Assembly: GCA_043812655.1 (NCBI GenBank) | Contig: JBDRLW010000009.1 | Location: 120-64,119 of the forward strand | Direction of reading: 5' to 3' | Source of the DNA: a bacterium | Lineage (GTDB): Bacteria; Margulisbacteria; WOR-1; O2-12-FULL-45-9; XYB2-FULL-48-7 | Length of the DNA: 64,000 nucleotides | In this document: piece by piece, positions 1 through 6,782 of the stretch | Layout of the letters: each line of letters begins with the position of its first letter | Position numbering within the stretch: the first letter of the stretch is position 1 | Notes under the pieces: model-generated | The model's database searches: none | Told to the model about the DNA's origin: nothing | Seen by the model: only the letters and a program-made list of their open reading frames with translations | Translations under genes and position numbers: made by a program

Positions 1-754
1 CTAAGGTTGGATTACTGATAATGTTTTCCAGTGTATTCCCGTGGGCTGTCCCAATTAATTGGACCCCCCGTTCGGCGATCGTCCGGCAGGCGATCGCTTC
101 CGCCTCTGTCCCGATCTCGTCAACAATGATCACTTCGGGCATATGGTTTTCCACCGCCTCGATCATGATATGATGCTGTTCTTCAGGGGTCGCGACTTGC
201 ATCCTTCTGGCCCGCCCGATCCCCGGGTGCGGGATATCGCCATCACCGCCGATCTCATTGCTGGTGTCGACCACGATCACCCGTTTGTTGAATTTATCAG
301 AAAGGACGCGCGCCGCTTCGCGCAATTTTGTCGTTTTGCCGATCCCTGGCGGCCCCATGAAAAGGATGTTTTTCTTTGCTTCGATCACGTCTTGGATAAT
401 GTCATTGGTCCCATAGATCGCCCGGCCAACGCGGCAAGTCAGGCCGATCACTTTCCCCTGGCGGTTGCGCATGGCCGAGATCCGATGGAGCGTCCGCTCG
501 ATCCCCGCCCGGTTATCGCCCGAAAATTGGCCGACCCGGGCAGTAACAAAATCTATATCACCCTGGTTGACCGTCCCGCCAATGAACATGCTCCTGGCAG
601 CAAACCTAGCTTCAGCCGGTTTGCCAAGGTCCAGGACAACTTCAACTAATAACTGCAGGTCTTTTGATTCTTTGAGGGTATTTTGGATATCAAGGGGTAA
701 AACTGCCAGGAGTTTTTCAACTTCTTCGCCGATCGCTTCTGGTGGCAAAGTCAT
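1..754 (-). CDS. R3H-domain AAA ATPase (SpoIIIAA/Ycf45-like); 3' end runs off the window
   Basis: Absent from the ORF track because there is no stop in the window. Manual minus-strand translation from the ATG at 752-754 gives MTLPPEAIGEEVEKLL...DNRAGIERTLHRISAMRNRQGKVIGLTCRVGRAIYG...FMGPPGIGKTTKLREAARVLS...VVDTSNEIGGDGDIPHPGIGRARRMQV...IIVDEIGTEAEA...GVQLIGTAHG. Walker A/B motifs and family-typical blocks are present. Confidence 0.75.
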   Translation of the reverse strand, partial: MTLPPEAIGEEVEKLLAVLPLDIQNTLKESKDLQLLVEVVLDLGKPAEARFAARSMFIGGTVNQGDIDFVTARVGQFSGDNRAGIERTLHRISAMRNRQGKVIGLTCRVGRAIYGTNDIIQDVIEAKKNILFMGPPGIGKTTKLREAARVLSDKFNKRVIVVDTSNEIGGDGDIPHPGIGRARRMQVATPEEQHHIMIEAVENHMPEVIIVDEIGTEAEAIACRTIAERGVQLIGTAHGNTLENIISNPTL

Positions 755-1030
755 TTATTTTTTTACTGTTTTTTTCAGGTTGATCCCGGGGACAAAAGCG
801 GGGCATTTTGACTCGCCGATCGTGATCTTTTCGCCCGTTTGCGGATTGCGGCCGATCCGGCCTTTCCTTTTGCGGACGACAAAGTTGCCAAACCCGACCA
901 GGCGGACTTTTTCGTTGTTATTTAAAGCTTCAGTGATCGTCCCTAGGACCAGGTCGATCAACCTTTCGGCTTCAGCTTTTGTCAGATCAGATTTATTCGC
1001 TACTTTGCCCGCTAATTGTTTTTTATTCAT
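755..1030 (-). CDS. hup: HU family DNA-binding protein
   Basis: MNKKQLAGKVANKSDLTKAEAERLIDLVLGTITEAL...VRLVGFGNFVVRKRKGRIGRNPQTGEKI is a classic HU/IHF fold sequence. The internal ATG at 1030 was chosen because GGAGAA lies just upstream; the track ORF extends to 1099. Confidence 0.9.
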   Translation of the reverse strand: MNKKQLAGKVANKSDLTKAEAERLIDLVLGTITEALNNNEKVRLVGFGNFVVRKRKGRIGRNPQTGEKITIGESKCPAFVPGINLKKTVKK

Positions 1031-1040
1031 TTTTTCTCCT

Positions 1041-1973
1041 TTACACCGAGCTCTGTCGAGGTGCTTCTTTCGCCAAAAGTTGTTCCCAGCGCTTATCAAC
1101 TTGAGTTTGGATCTCCGCCAAGAGCTGTTCGTTCCCCGGTTTAAAAAGATGCCGGAAACGATCTTGGGTCTTTAAATAATCGACGACCGGTTTTTTGGCT
1201 TTTGGTTTAGAGACCTTATAGACGCCATTTTCTACTTCATAGATCGGCCAAGCGCAAGTTTCCGCCGCCAATCTTGCTAAATTCAAAGTCTCTTCCGGCT
1301 TATAACCCCAGCCTAAGCGGCACGGTTGCAGGACATTAAGGAATTTTGGCCCGCGGATAGAAAAGGCTTTTTCCGCTTTTCTCGTCAAATCCGCCCAGTT
1401 GCCGATGATCGCTTGCGCCACATATGGTATACCGTGAGCGACCATGATCTCGGTCAAGTCTTTGCGCCACTGGAGTTTTCCCTGATTAACTTTACCAGCC
1501 GGTTCGGTCGTCGTGTTGGCTCCCATTGGAGTCGCGCCAGAACGCTGGACACCGGTATTCATGTAAGCTTCGTTATTGTAACAGACATAAAGCATATCGT
1601 GACCCCGCTCCATCGCGCCGGAAAGCGATTGCAACCCGATATCATAGGTCCCGCCATCGCCGCCAAAAGCGACAAAATTAATATGCTTGTCGGTCTTCCC
1701 TTTTTTCTTCAGATTCTGGTAGGCGGCTTCCACTCCCGACATCGTCGCCGCCGCGTTTTCAAACGCGTTGTGGAGAAAAGGGACGGTCCAAGCGCTGTAG
1801 GGGAAAATTGTCGTTGAAACTTCAAGGCACCCGGTCGCCGAAACTACGACCACCGGGTCTTTACTCGCCATTAGGACCTGTCGTACCACGATCGGCGCGC
1901 CGCAGCCCGGGCACATCCGGTGTCCGCCGGTCAGCGGGTCTTTTCTGGTCGATAATTCTTTTAATGTTGCCAT
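1041..1973 (-). CDS. porB: pyruvate:ferredoxin oxidoreductase beta subunit (TPP-binding)
   Basis: GGHRMCPGCGAP and GGDGGTYDIGLQSLSGAMERGHDMLYVCYNNEAYMNTG motifs; last gene of the porGDAB order. The final 7 codons are made of a palindromic word (1044-1063). Confidence 0.9.
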   Translation of the reverse strand: MATLKELSTRKDPLTGGHRMCPGCGAPIVVRQVLMASKDPVVVVSATGCLEVSTTIFPYSAWTVPFLHNAFENAAATMSGVEAAYQNLKKKGKTDKHINFVAFGGDGGTYDIGLQSLSGAMERGHDMLYVCYNNEAYMNTGVQRSGATPMGANTTTEPAGKVNQGKLQWRKDLTEIMVAHGIPYVAQAIIGNWADLTRKAEKAFSIRGPKFLNVLQPCRLGWGYKPEETLNLARLAAETCAWPIYEVENGVYKVSKPKAKKPVVDYLKTQDRFRHLFKPGNEQLLAEIQTQVDKRWEQLLAKEAPRQSSV

Positions 1974-2017
1974 TTTATATATACTCCCACATTATTTACC
2001 CCGAGCTTGTCGAGGGG

Positions 2018-3190
2018 CTACTCCCTAATCCCTAGATAAGAGACCAACGGTTGTTTGTCGATATTTTGCAAAGCGGTGAAAACAGAATTGATCTGCGGCA
2101 GGTCAATTTCCCGTCCGCCTAAGCCGTAAATAAAGTTGATCATTTTAGGTTTAGTTTTTAGGTCGTAGAGCGCCGAGCGGATCTCGGTGAAAACCTGTCC
2201 GCCTTGCGCTGACCAAGTGTCAGACCGGTCAAGGACAGCGACCGCTTTAACCTGGCTTAAAGCAGCGGCAATTTCTTCGGCGGGAAAAGGCCGGAAAACC
2301 CTGATCTTGAGCATCCCCGCTTTGACCCCTTTAGCCCTAAGCTGGTCGATCACCACTTTGGCGGTGCCGCACGTCGAACCTAAAGCAACGATCGCGACCT
2401 CGGCATCTTCTAATTTATATGCTTCAAACAGGCTATACTTTTTGCCGAATTTTTTCGCAAATTCATCGGCCACTTCCAAGATCACTTTCTTGGCGCTGCG
2501 CATCGTTTCGGCGACCTGCATCCGGTGTTCAAAATAATAATCCTGTAAGTCAATTAAGCCGACCGAAACCGGCTTATCAACATTGAGAAGTTTATTTTCC
2601 GCCTTGCGCTCCGGTCCAATAAAAGCGGTAACATCTTTATCGTCCAACATTTCGATCTTGGCCAAGCAATGGCTAATGATAAAACCATCGGTCGTCACCA
2701 TTGTTGGCAAATGGACCCTGGGATCTTCAGCTATCCTGATCGCCTGGATCAAACTATCGTACGCTTCTTGTGAATTTTCGGAAAAGATCTGGATCCAGCC
2801 AAAATCGCGGGCGGCCATCGTATCGGAATGGTCGCAGTGGATATTAATCGGTCCCGAGATCGCCCGGTTAACGTCGCACATCACGATCGGCAGGCGGAGC
2901 GAAGAAGCGATCGGCAGGATCTCGTACATTAAAGCTAACCCTTGTGAAGATGTCCCGGTCATCACCCTGGCTCCCGCCGACGAAGCCCCGACACAAGCCG
3001 ACATCGCCGAATGTTCTGACTCAACGGCGACATAATTGGTAGTTACCAAACCATCGGCCACATATTTGGCAAAGATCATGGCAATTTCGGTGGCTGGAGT
3101 AATTGGATAGGCGGCGACAACATCAGGATTGACCTGGCGCATCGCTTCGGCCATGGCTTCATTACCGGTTTTGGCCACTATTTTTGACAT
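2018..3190 (-). CDS. porA: pyruvate:ferredoxin oxidoreductase alpha subunit
   Basis: 390 aa. GNEAMAEAMRQVNPDVVAAYPITPATEI...ESEHSAMSACVGASSAGARVMTGTSSQGLALM is typical of PorA/VorA. Confidence 0.9.
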   Translation of the reverse strand: MSKIVAKTGNEAMAEAMRQVNPDVVAAYPITPATEIAMIFAKYVADGLVTTNYVAVESEHSAMSACVGASSAGARVMTGTSSQGLALMYEILPIASSLRLPIVMCDVNRAISGPINIHCDHSDTMAARDFGWIQIFSENSQEAYDSLIQAIRIAEDPRVHLPTMVTTDGFIISHCLAKIEMLDDKDVTAFIGPERKAENKLLNVDKPVSVGLIDLQDYYFEHRMQVAETMRSAKKVILEVADEFAKKFGKKYSLFEAYKLEDAEVAIVALGSTCGTAKVVIDQLRAKGVKAGMLKIRVFRPFPAEEIAAALSQVKAVAVLDRSDTWSAQGGQVFTEIRSALYDLKTKPKMINFIYGLGGREIDLPQINSVFTALQNIDKQPLVSYLGIRE

Positions 3191-3495
3191 ACAGGACCTT
3201 CTTTCTCCGGCTTCATTTCCAGAGCCTTGTTCGGTTTAACCGGGCATTCTTTAACGCAAATGCCGCACCCCTTGCAGTGGTCATAATCGATCCCGGTCAT
3301 CTTTTGGTCCTTAACAACAATGGAAGAATCGGGACATGAGATCCAACAAAACAAGCAATGGATACAGCGTTCCGGATGCCAGATCGGCTTTTCGCTCCGC
3401 CAATCGCCGGTTTTAAACTCGGCGGCTGACCCAGCCGTGACAACATCCCCTTCGGCTAATGACCTCCATCCTGGCTTGGCTTTTGGTTCACTCAT
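3178..3495 (-). CDS. porD: pyruvate:ferredoxin oxidoreductase delta subunit (2x[4Fe-4S] ferredoxin)
   Basis: Two Cys clusters, CIHCLFCWISCP and CKGCGICVKECP. Overlaps porA by 13 nt and porG by 4 nt. Confidence 0.85.
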   Translation of the reverse strand: MSEPKAKPGWRSLAEGDVVTAGSAAEFKTGDWRSEKPIWHPERCIHCLFCWISCPDSSIVVKDQKMTGIDYDHCKGCGICVKECPVKPNKALEMKPEKEGPVCQK

Positions 3496-4070
3496 TCGCT
3501 CACTACCTCATTATATGCCCGCTTGATCGCCTCAAGATTGCCTTTAACAACCTCAGGCTTGGCGGCAAATTTCTTTTTAAGTTTCTCTTCAGTATCTTTG
3601 AGCATTTCATTGAAGTCAAGGATCCCGGTCGCCTTGATCAAAGCGCCGAGCATTGGGGTATTGGGAATTTCGCGGCCGATCGTCTCTTTGGAGATACCGG
3701 AAGCATCGACCGTAAAGACTTTTGCCCCTTTAAGTTTTAATTGTTTCCTAATATCAGCGGGGCAATCTTTGGTGTTAACAATAATACAGCCATCGTCAGG
3801 CAAACCACTGATCACATTAACTGACCCCATCAGGGTTGGATCAAGGACTAGAACAATGTTGGGATTTGTAATGGAGCAGTGGAGAGTGATCTCTTCCGAA
3901 GAAACCCGATTAAACGAGGCGACCGGCGCTCCCATTCTCTCCGGCCCATATTCAGGGAAGGCCTGGATATTTTTACCTAGTGAGAGTGCGGCTTCACCAA
4001 AAAGAAGAGCGGCGGTTTTAGCCCCCTGCCCCCCTCGCCCATGCCATCTTATTTCAACGGTACTATCCAT
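3492..4070 (-). CDS. porG: pyruvate:ferredoxin oxidoreductase gamma subunit
   Basis: EIRWHGRGGQGAKTAALLFGEAAL...AFPEYGPERMGAPV; first gene of the por operon. Confidence 0.85.
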   Translation of the reverse strand: MDSTVEIRWHGRGGQGAKTAALLFGEAALSLGKNIQAFPEYGPERMGAPVASFNRVSSEEITLHCSITNPNIVLVLDPTLMGSVNVISGLPDDGCIIVNTKDCPADIRKQLKLKGAKVFTVDASGISKETIGREIPNTPMLGALIKATGILDFNEMLKDTEEKLKKKFAAKPEVVKGNLEAIKRAYNEVVSE

Positions 4071-4124
4071 GTAACTTGTTTTAGTTTAGCAAACGTTGGC
4101 AAAAAAATCAAGAAACTCTTTACA

Positions 4125-4274
4125 GCCCTCATCCGCTGGCGCAAAAGACTCCTCCTTCTCCCAACCTTGCCTGCCGGCAGGCAGGAGGGAGAAGGTAAGA
4201 CACAATGTTGATTTGGTAAGTACCCCTCTCCCTTTGGGAGAGGGGGAAATGTTAAGCGCTAACCGGGTGAGGGC
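4125..4274. repeat. nested GC-rich palindromic element (intergenic)
   Basis: Outer arms are gccctcatccg (4125-4135) and cgggtgagggc (4264-4274). Inside are the hairpins ctccttctccc...gggagaagg (4152-4196, containing cctgccggcagg at 4170-4181) and cccctctccc-ttt-gggagagggg (4223-4245). Confidence 0.8.
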
Positions 4275-4284
4275 ATAATAATTT

Positions 4285-4998
4285 TTATTTTAGCGGCGTA
4301 ACGAACGAAATTATTTTTTCACCCGCGGCCTTATCCAGGACAAAAAGTCCTACTAGCAAAACGACCGCCGGTATGGCCGCGATCACGAACGACAGCGGCT
4401 TAGATATCCCGTAAGTCCGCCGGATAACAACGGCCCATAAGCCATAGATAAAAATAACCATCAGGAAAAAAATAAAATTAAACCCGACCAGGAACAGGCC
4501 AGGGTCAAACAAGGAAAAGCGAGCTAAGATCGCCAGCAAAAGAGGTAAAATCATGGCTAACAATACCCCACTACTATAATATAGGCTTTGGACCAGCCGG
4601 TTTAAGCTCCCCTTCCCTCTAGCAGCTAAGGCGATCGGATGTAAGATCAGCGCTAACAAATAAAAAGCGGCTCCCAAGCCCAAGACCATCACACCGCCAA
4701 TTATTAAAAACGTCATCATGTAAAAAGTAAAGCCCAGTGTTAATAAGACCGGTAAAATAATGATGAACTTAAAACCTTTGATCCCTTCGACCAGGGTCGC
4801 GCCGATCGGCACAAATTGGATAATGAAGATGGCCAAAGCGACAAACGCCGCCAAAACCCAGGATGTTATAATAAGAAAGGACAAGCTTTTTTCCTTCCAG
4901 CTCTCTTCCTTCAGCCTCGTATAAAAAAGGATCGGTTGTAATATTACTCGCCTTAAAATAGCTCCATAATTTGTAATTTGTAATTTGTCATTTGTCAT
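4285..4998 (-). CDS. multi-pass membrane protein (possibly Yip1-like)
   Basis: 237 aa with about 5-6 hydrophobic helices. The N-terminal MTNDKLQITNY is encoded by the heptamer array at 4968-5000, so the start is uncertain. Confidence 0.5.
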   Translation of the reverse strand: MTNDKLQITNYGAILRRVILQPILFYTRLKEESWKEKSLSFLIITSWVLAAFVALAIFIIQFVPIGATLVEGIKGFKFIIILPVLLTLGFTFYMMTFLIIGGVMVLGLGAAFYLLALILHPIALAARGKGSLNRLVQSLYYSSGVLLAMILPLLLAILARFSLFDPGLFLVGFNFIFFLMVIFIYGLWAVVIRRTYGISKPLSFVIAAIPAVVLLVGLFVLDKAAGEKIISFVTPLK

Positions 4999-5000
4999 TT
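4968..5000. repeat. heptanucleotide word array (AATTTGT x3, CATTTGT x2)
   Basis: aatttgtaatttgtaatttgtcatttgtcattt read directly; it overlaps the annotated start of the 4285..4998 ORF. Confidence 0.85.
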
Positions 5001-5003
5001 AAC

Positions 5004-5597
5004 TCATACCTCCCTGCGCCCTTCGAGCGCTTTGGACAATGTCGCCGGATCGGCGTAATCCATATCGGCCCCGATCGGTAACCCATAGGCAATGCGAGTT
5101 AAGGTCACGCCAAGCGGTTTAAGCAGTCGGGTCAAATAGATCCCGGTCGCTTCACCTTCGGCGGTTGGCGGCAGGGCAAGAATAACTTCTTTAATAATGT
5201 CTTTCCCCACCCTCTCAACCAATTCTTTCACCCGCAAACTCTCCGGCTCAACCCCATCAAGCGGGGAGATCAGCCCCCCCAGCACATGATGCCTGCCATT
5301 ATACACACCGGAACGCTCGATCGCTACCAGATCTTTAGGATCGGCCACGACAGAAAGAATATCATCCCGCCTTGACGTGTCAGCGCAAAACTTGCACGGG
5401 TCAATATCGGTCAGGTTATAACAGACCGAGCAGTATTTCATCAGTTCTTTAGCCGCGGTGATCGAAAAAAGGAGTTCTTCTACATCTTTTTTGGTGCTGC
5501 CAAGGAGGTAGAAAGCCAACCGTTGCGCCGATTTCGGCCCGATCCCAGGGAGTTTTTGGAGCTCGGTGATCATTTTAGTAAGTGATTCTGAATACAT
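5004..5597 (-). CDS. recR: recombination protein RecR
   Basis: LQKLPGIGPKSAQRLAFYLL (HhH), a C4 zinc finger CSVCYNLTDIDPCKFC and a Toprim region. Confidence 0.92.
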   Translation of the reverse strand: MYSESLTKMITELQKLPGIGPKSAQRLAFYLLGSTKKDVEELLFSITAAKELMKYCSVCYNLTDIDPCKFCADTSRRDDILSVVADPKDLVAIERSGVYNGRHHVLGGLISPLDGVEPESLRVKELVERVGKDIIKEVILALPPTAEGEATGIYLTRLLKPLGVTLTRIAYGLPIGADMDYADPATLSKALEGRREV

Positions 5598-5618
5598 GGT
5601 ATGAATTATATCATGAAA

Positions 5619-5725
5619 CCCTCACCCCGACCTTCGGTCGACCCTCTCCCAGAGGGAGAGGGTAGTAAAACAATTTTTGTCTCAAACCACCCCTCTCCCT
5701 CTGGGAGAGGGGCCGGGGGTGAGGG
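5619..5725. repeat. nested GC-rich palindromic element (intergenic, same family as 4125-4274)
   Basis: Outer arms are ccctcaccccg (5619-5629) and ggggtgaggg (5716-5725). Inner hairpins are cgaccttcggtcg (5628-5640), accctctccc-aga-gggagagggt (5641-5663) and cccctctccc-tct-gggagagggg (5690-5712). Confidence 0.8.
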
Positions 5726-5746
5726 CTAATATGTTATAATTTAACT

Positions 5747-6313
5747 ATGCAAGCAGCCGTCTTTCTCGACCGTGATGGGACGATCATCGAAGATACGGGT
5801 TATATCAAGTCCCCAAAAGAGATAAAATTCATTCCGGGCGCGATCGAAGCGATCAAACAACTTCAACTCGCCGGTTATAAAATTATCATTATCAGCAACC
5901 AGGCCGGTGTCGCCCGCGGCTATTATAGTGAGGATATGCTGCAAACTATCGACAAAACCGTCCATCGGCTCGTCCTCCACGGCGGCGCCCATATCGATGC
6001 CAGCTACTATTGCCCCCATCACCCGGAACACGGCGTTTATCCATACAAACAAGAGTGCGACTGCCGCAAACCTTTCCCTGGTTTAATTAAAAAGGCTGAA
6101 AAAGACCTGAAGCTTGACCTCTCCCGCTCCTTCATGGTCGGCGATAAAACAACCGATATCGAAGCCGGCCAGAAGGCCGGAGTCAAAACCGTAATGGTCT
6201 TGACAGGTAGAGGCAAAGAAGAGCAAAATATGGTAGCTAACAAGCCTAATTATCTTGCCGACGACTTGGAAGCCGCCGCGGCTTGGATCCTTAAGGAGGC
6301 TAAAAATGGATAA
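5747..6313 (+). CDS. gmhB: D-glycero-beta-D-manno-heptose-1,7-bisphosphate 7-phosphatase (HAD-IIIA)
   Basis: AVFLDRDGTIIED, SNQAGVARGYY, CDCRKPFPGL and GDKTTDIEAG motifs. Confidence 0.85.
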   Translation: MQAAVFLDRDGTIIEDTGYIKSPKEIKFIPGAIEAIKQLQLAGYKIIIISNQAGVARGYYSEDMLQTIDKTVHRLVLHGGAHIDASYYCPHHPEHGVYPYKQECDCRKPFPGLIKKAEKDLKLDLSRSFMVGDKTTDIEAGQKAGVKTVMVLTGRGKEEQNMVANKPNYLADDLEAAAAWILKEAKNG

Positions 6314-6782
6314 ACCTCTGATCTTAGTGGTTGATGACGAAAAACAAGTGGCGGATGTCATCACCCAAACCATAACCGAGACCAACAAATATACCGCTTT
6401 GACCGCGTATTCGGCCGACGAAGCGCTGGCCGCTTTAAAAAACAATAGGATCCTTTTTGGCTTTGGGGGAAATAAGATCAAGCTGATCTGCCTCGACATA
6501 AAGATGCCCGGGATGGATGGGCTTGAACTGCTGGAAAAGATCCGCCGCGACCATGGGCAAGATATCGGCGTTTTAATGCTGACCGCTTGGGAAGACGAAG
6601 AAAAATGGGAGCGCGCCACCTCTGGCTTTGTCCTTAATTATCTAAAGAAGCCTTACAAAAAAGACGAGCTCTTAACCACCATCAACAAGTTTTTTATGGG
6701 GAAAGAAGGCGAGCTGGTCTTGAATACGTTCGAAAAGCACCTCGAAAAAAAAGAGGAATTTAAAGCTAAAAAAGCAGTTTGA
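6306..6782 (+). CDS. response regulator, receiver domain only
   Basis: MDKPLILVVDDEKQV...LICLDIKMPGMDGLELLEKIR...MLTAW. The ATG at 6306 is preceded by AAGGAGG; the track ORF starts upstream at 6255. Confidence 0.8.
   Translation: MDKPLILVVDDEKQVADVITQTITETNKYTALTAYSADEALAALKNNRILFGFGGNKIKLICLDIKMPGMDGLELLEKIRRDHGQDIGVLMLTAWEDEEKWERATSGFVLNYLKKPYKKDELLTTINKFFMGKEGELVLNTFEKHLEKKEEFKAKKAV

Noticed and set aside
59-1175. Plus-strand track ORFs 59..649 and 465..1175
   Set aside because: They lie antisense to clearly recognisable minus-strand genes (R3H/AAA ATPase with an intact Walker A/B, HU, porB) and have no motifs of their own. They are shadow ORFs in GC-rich coding DNA.
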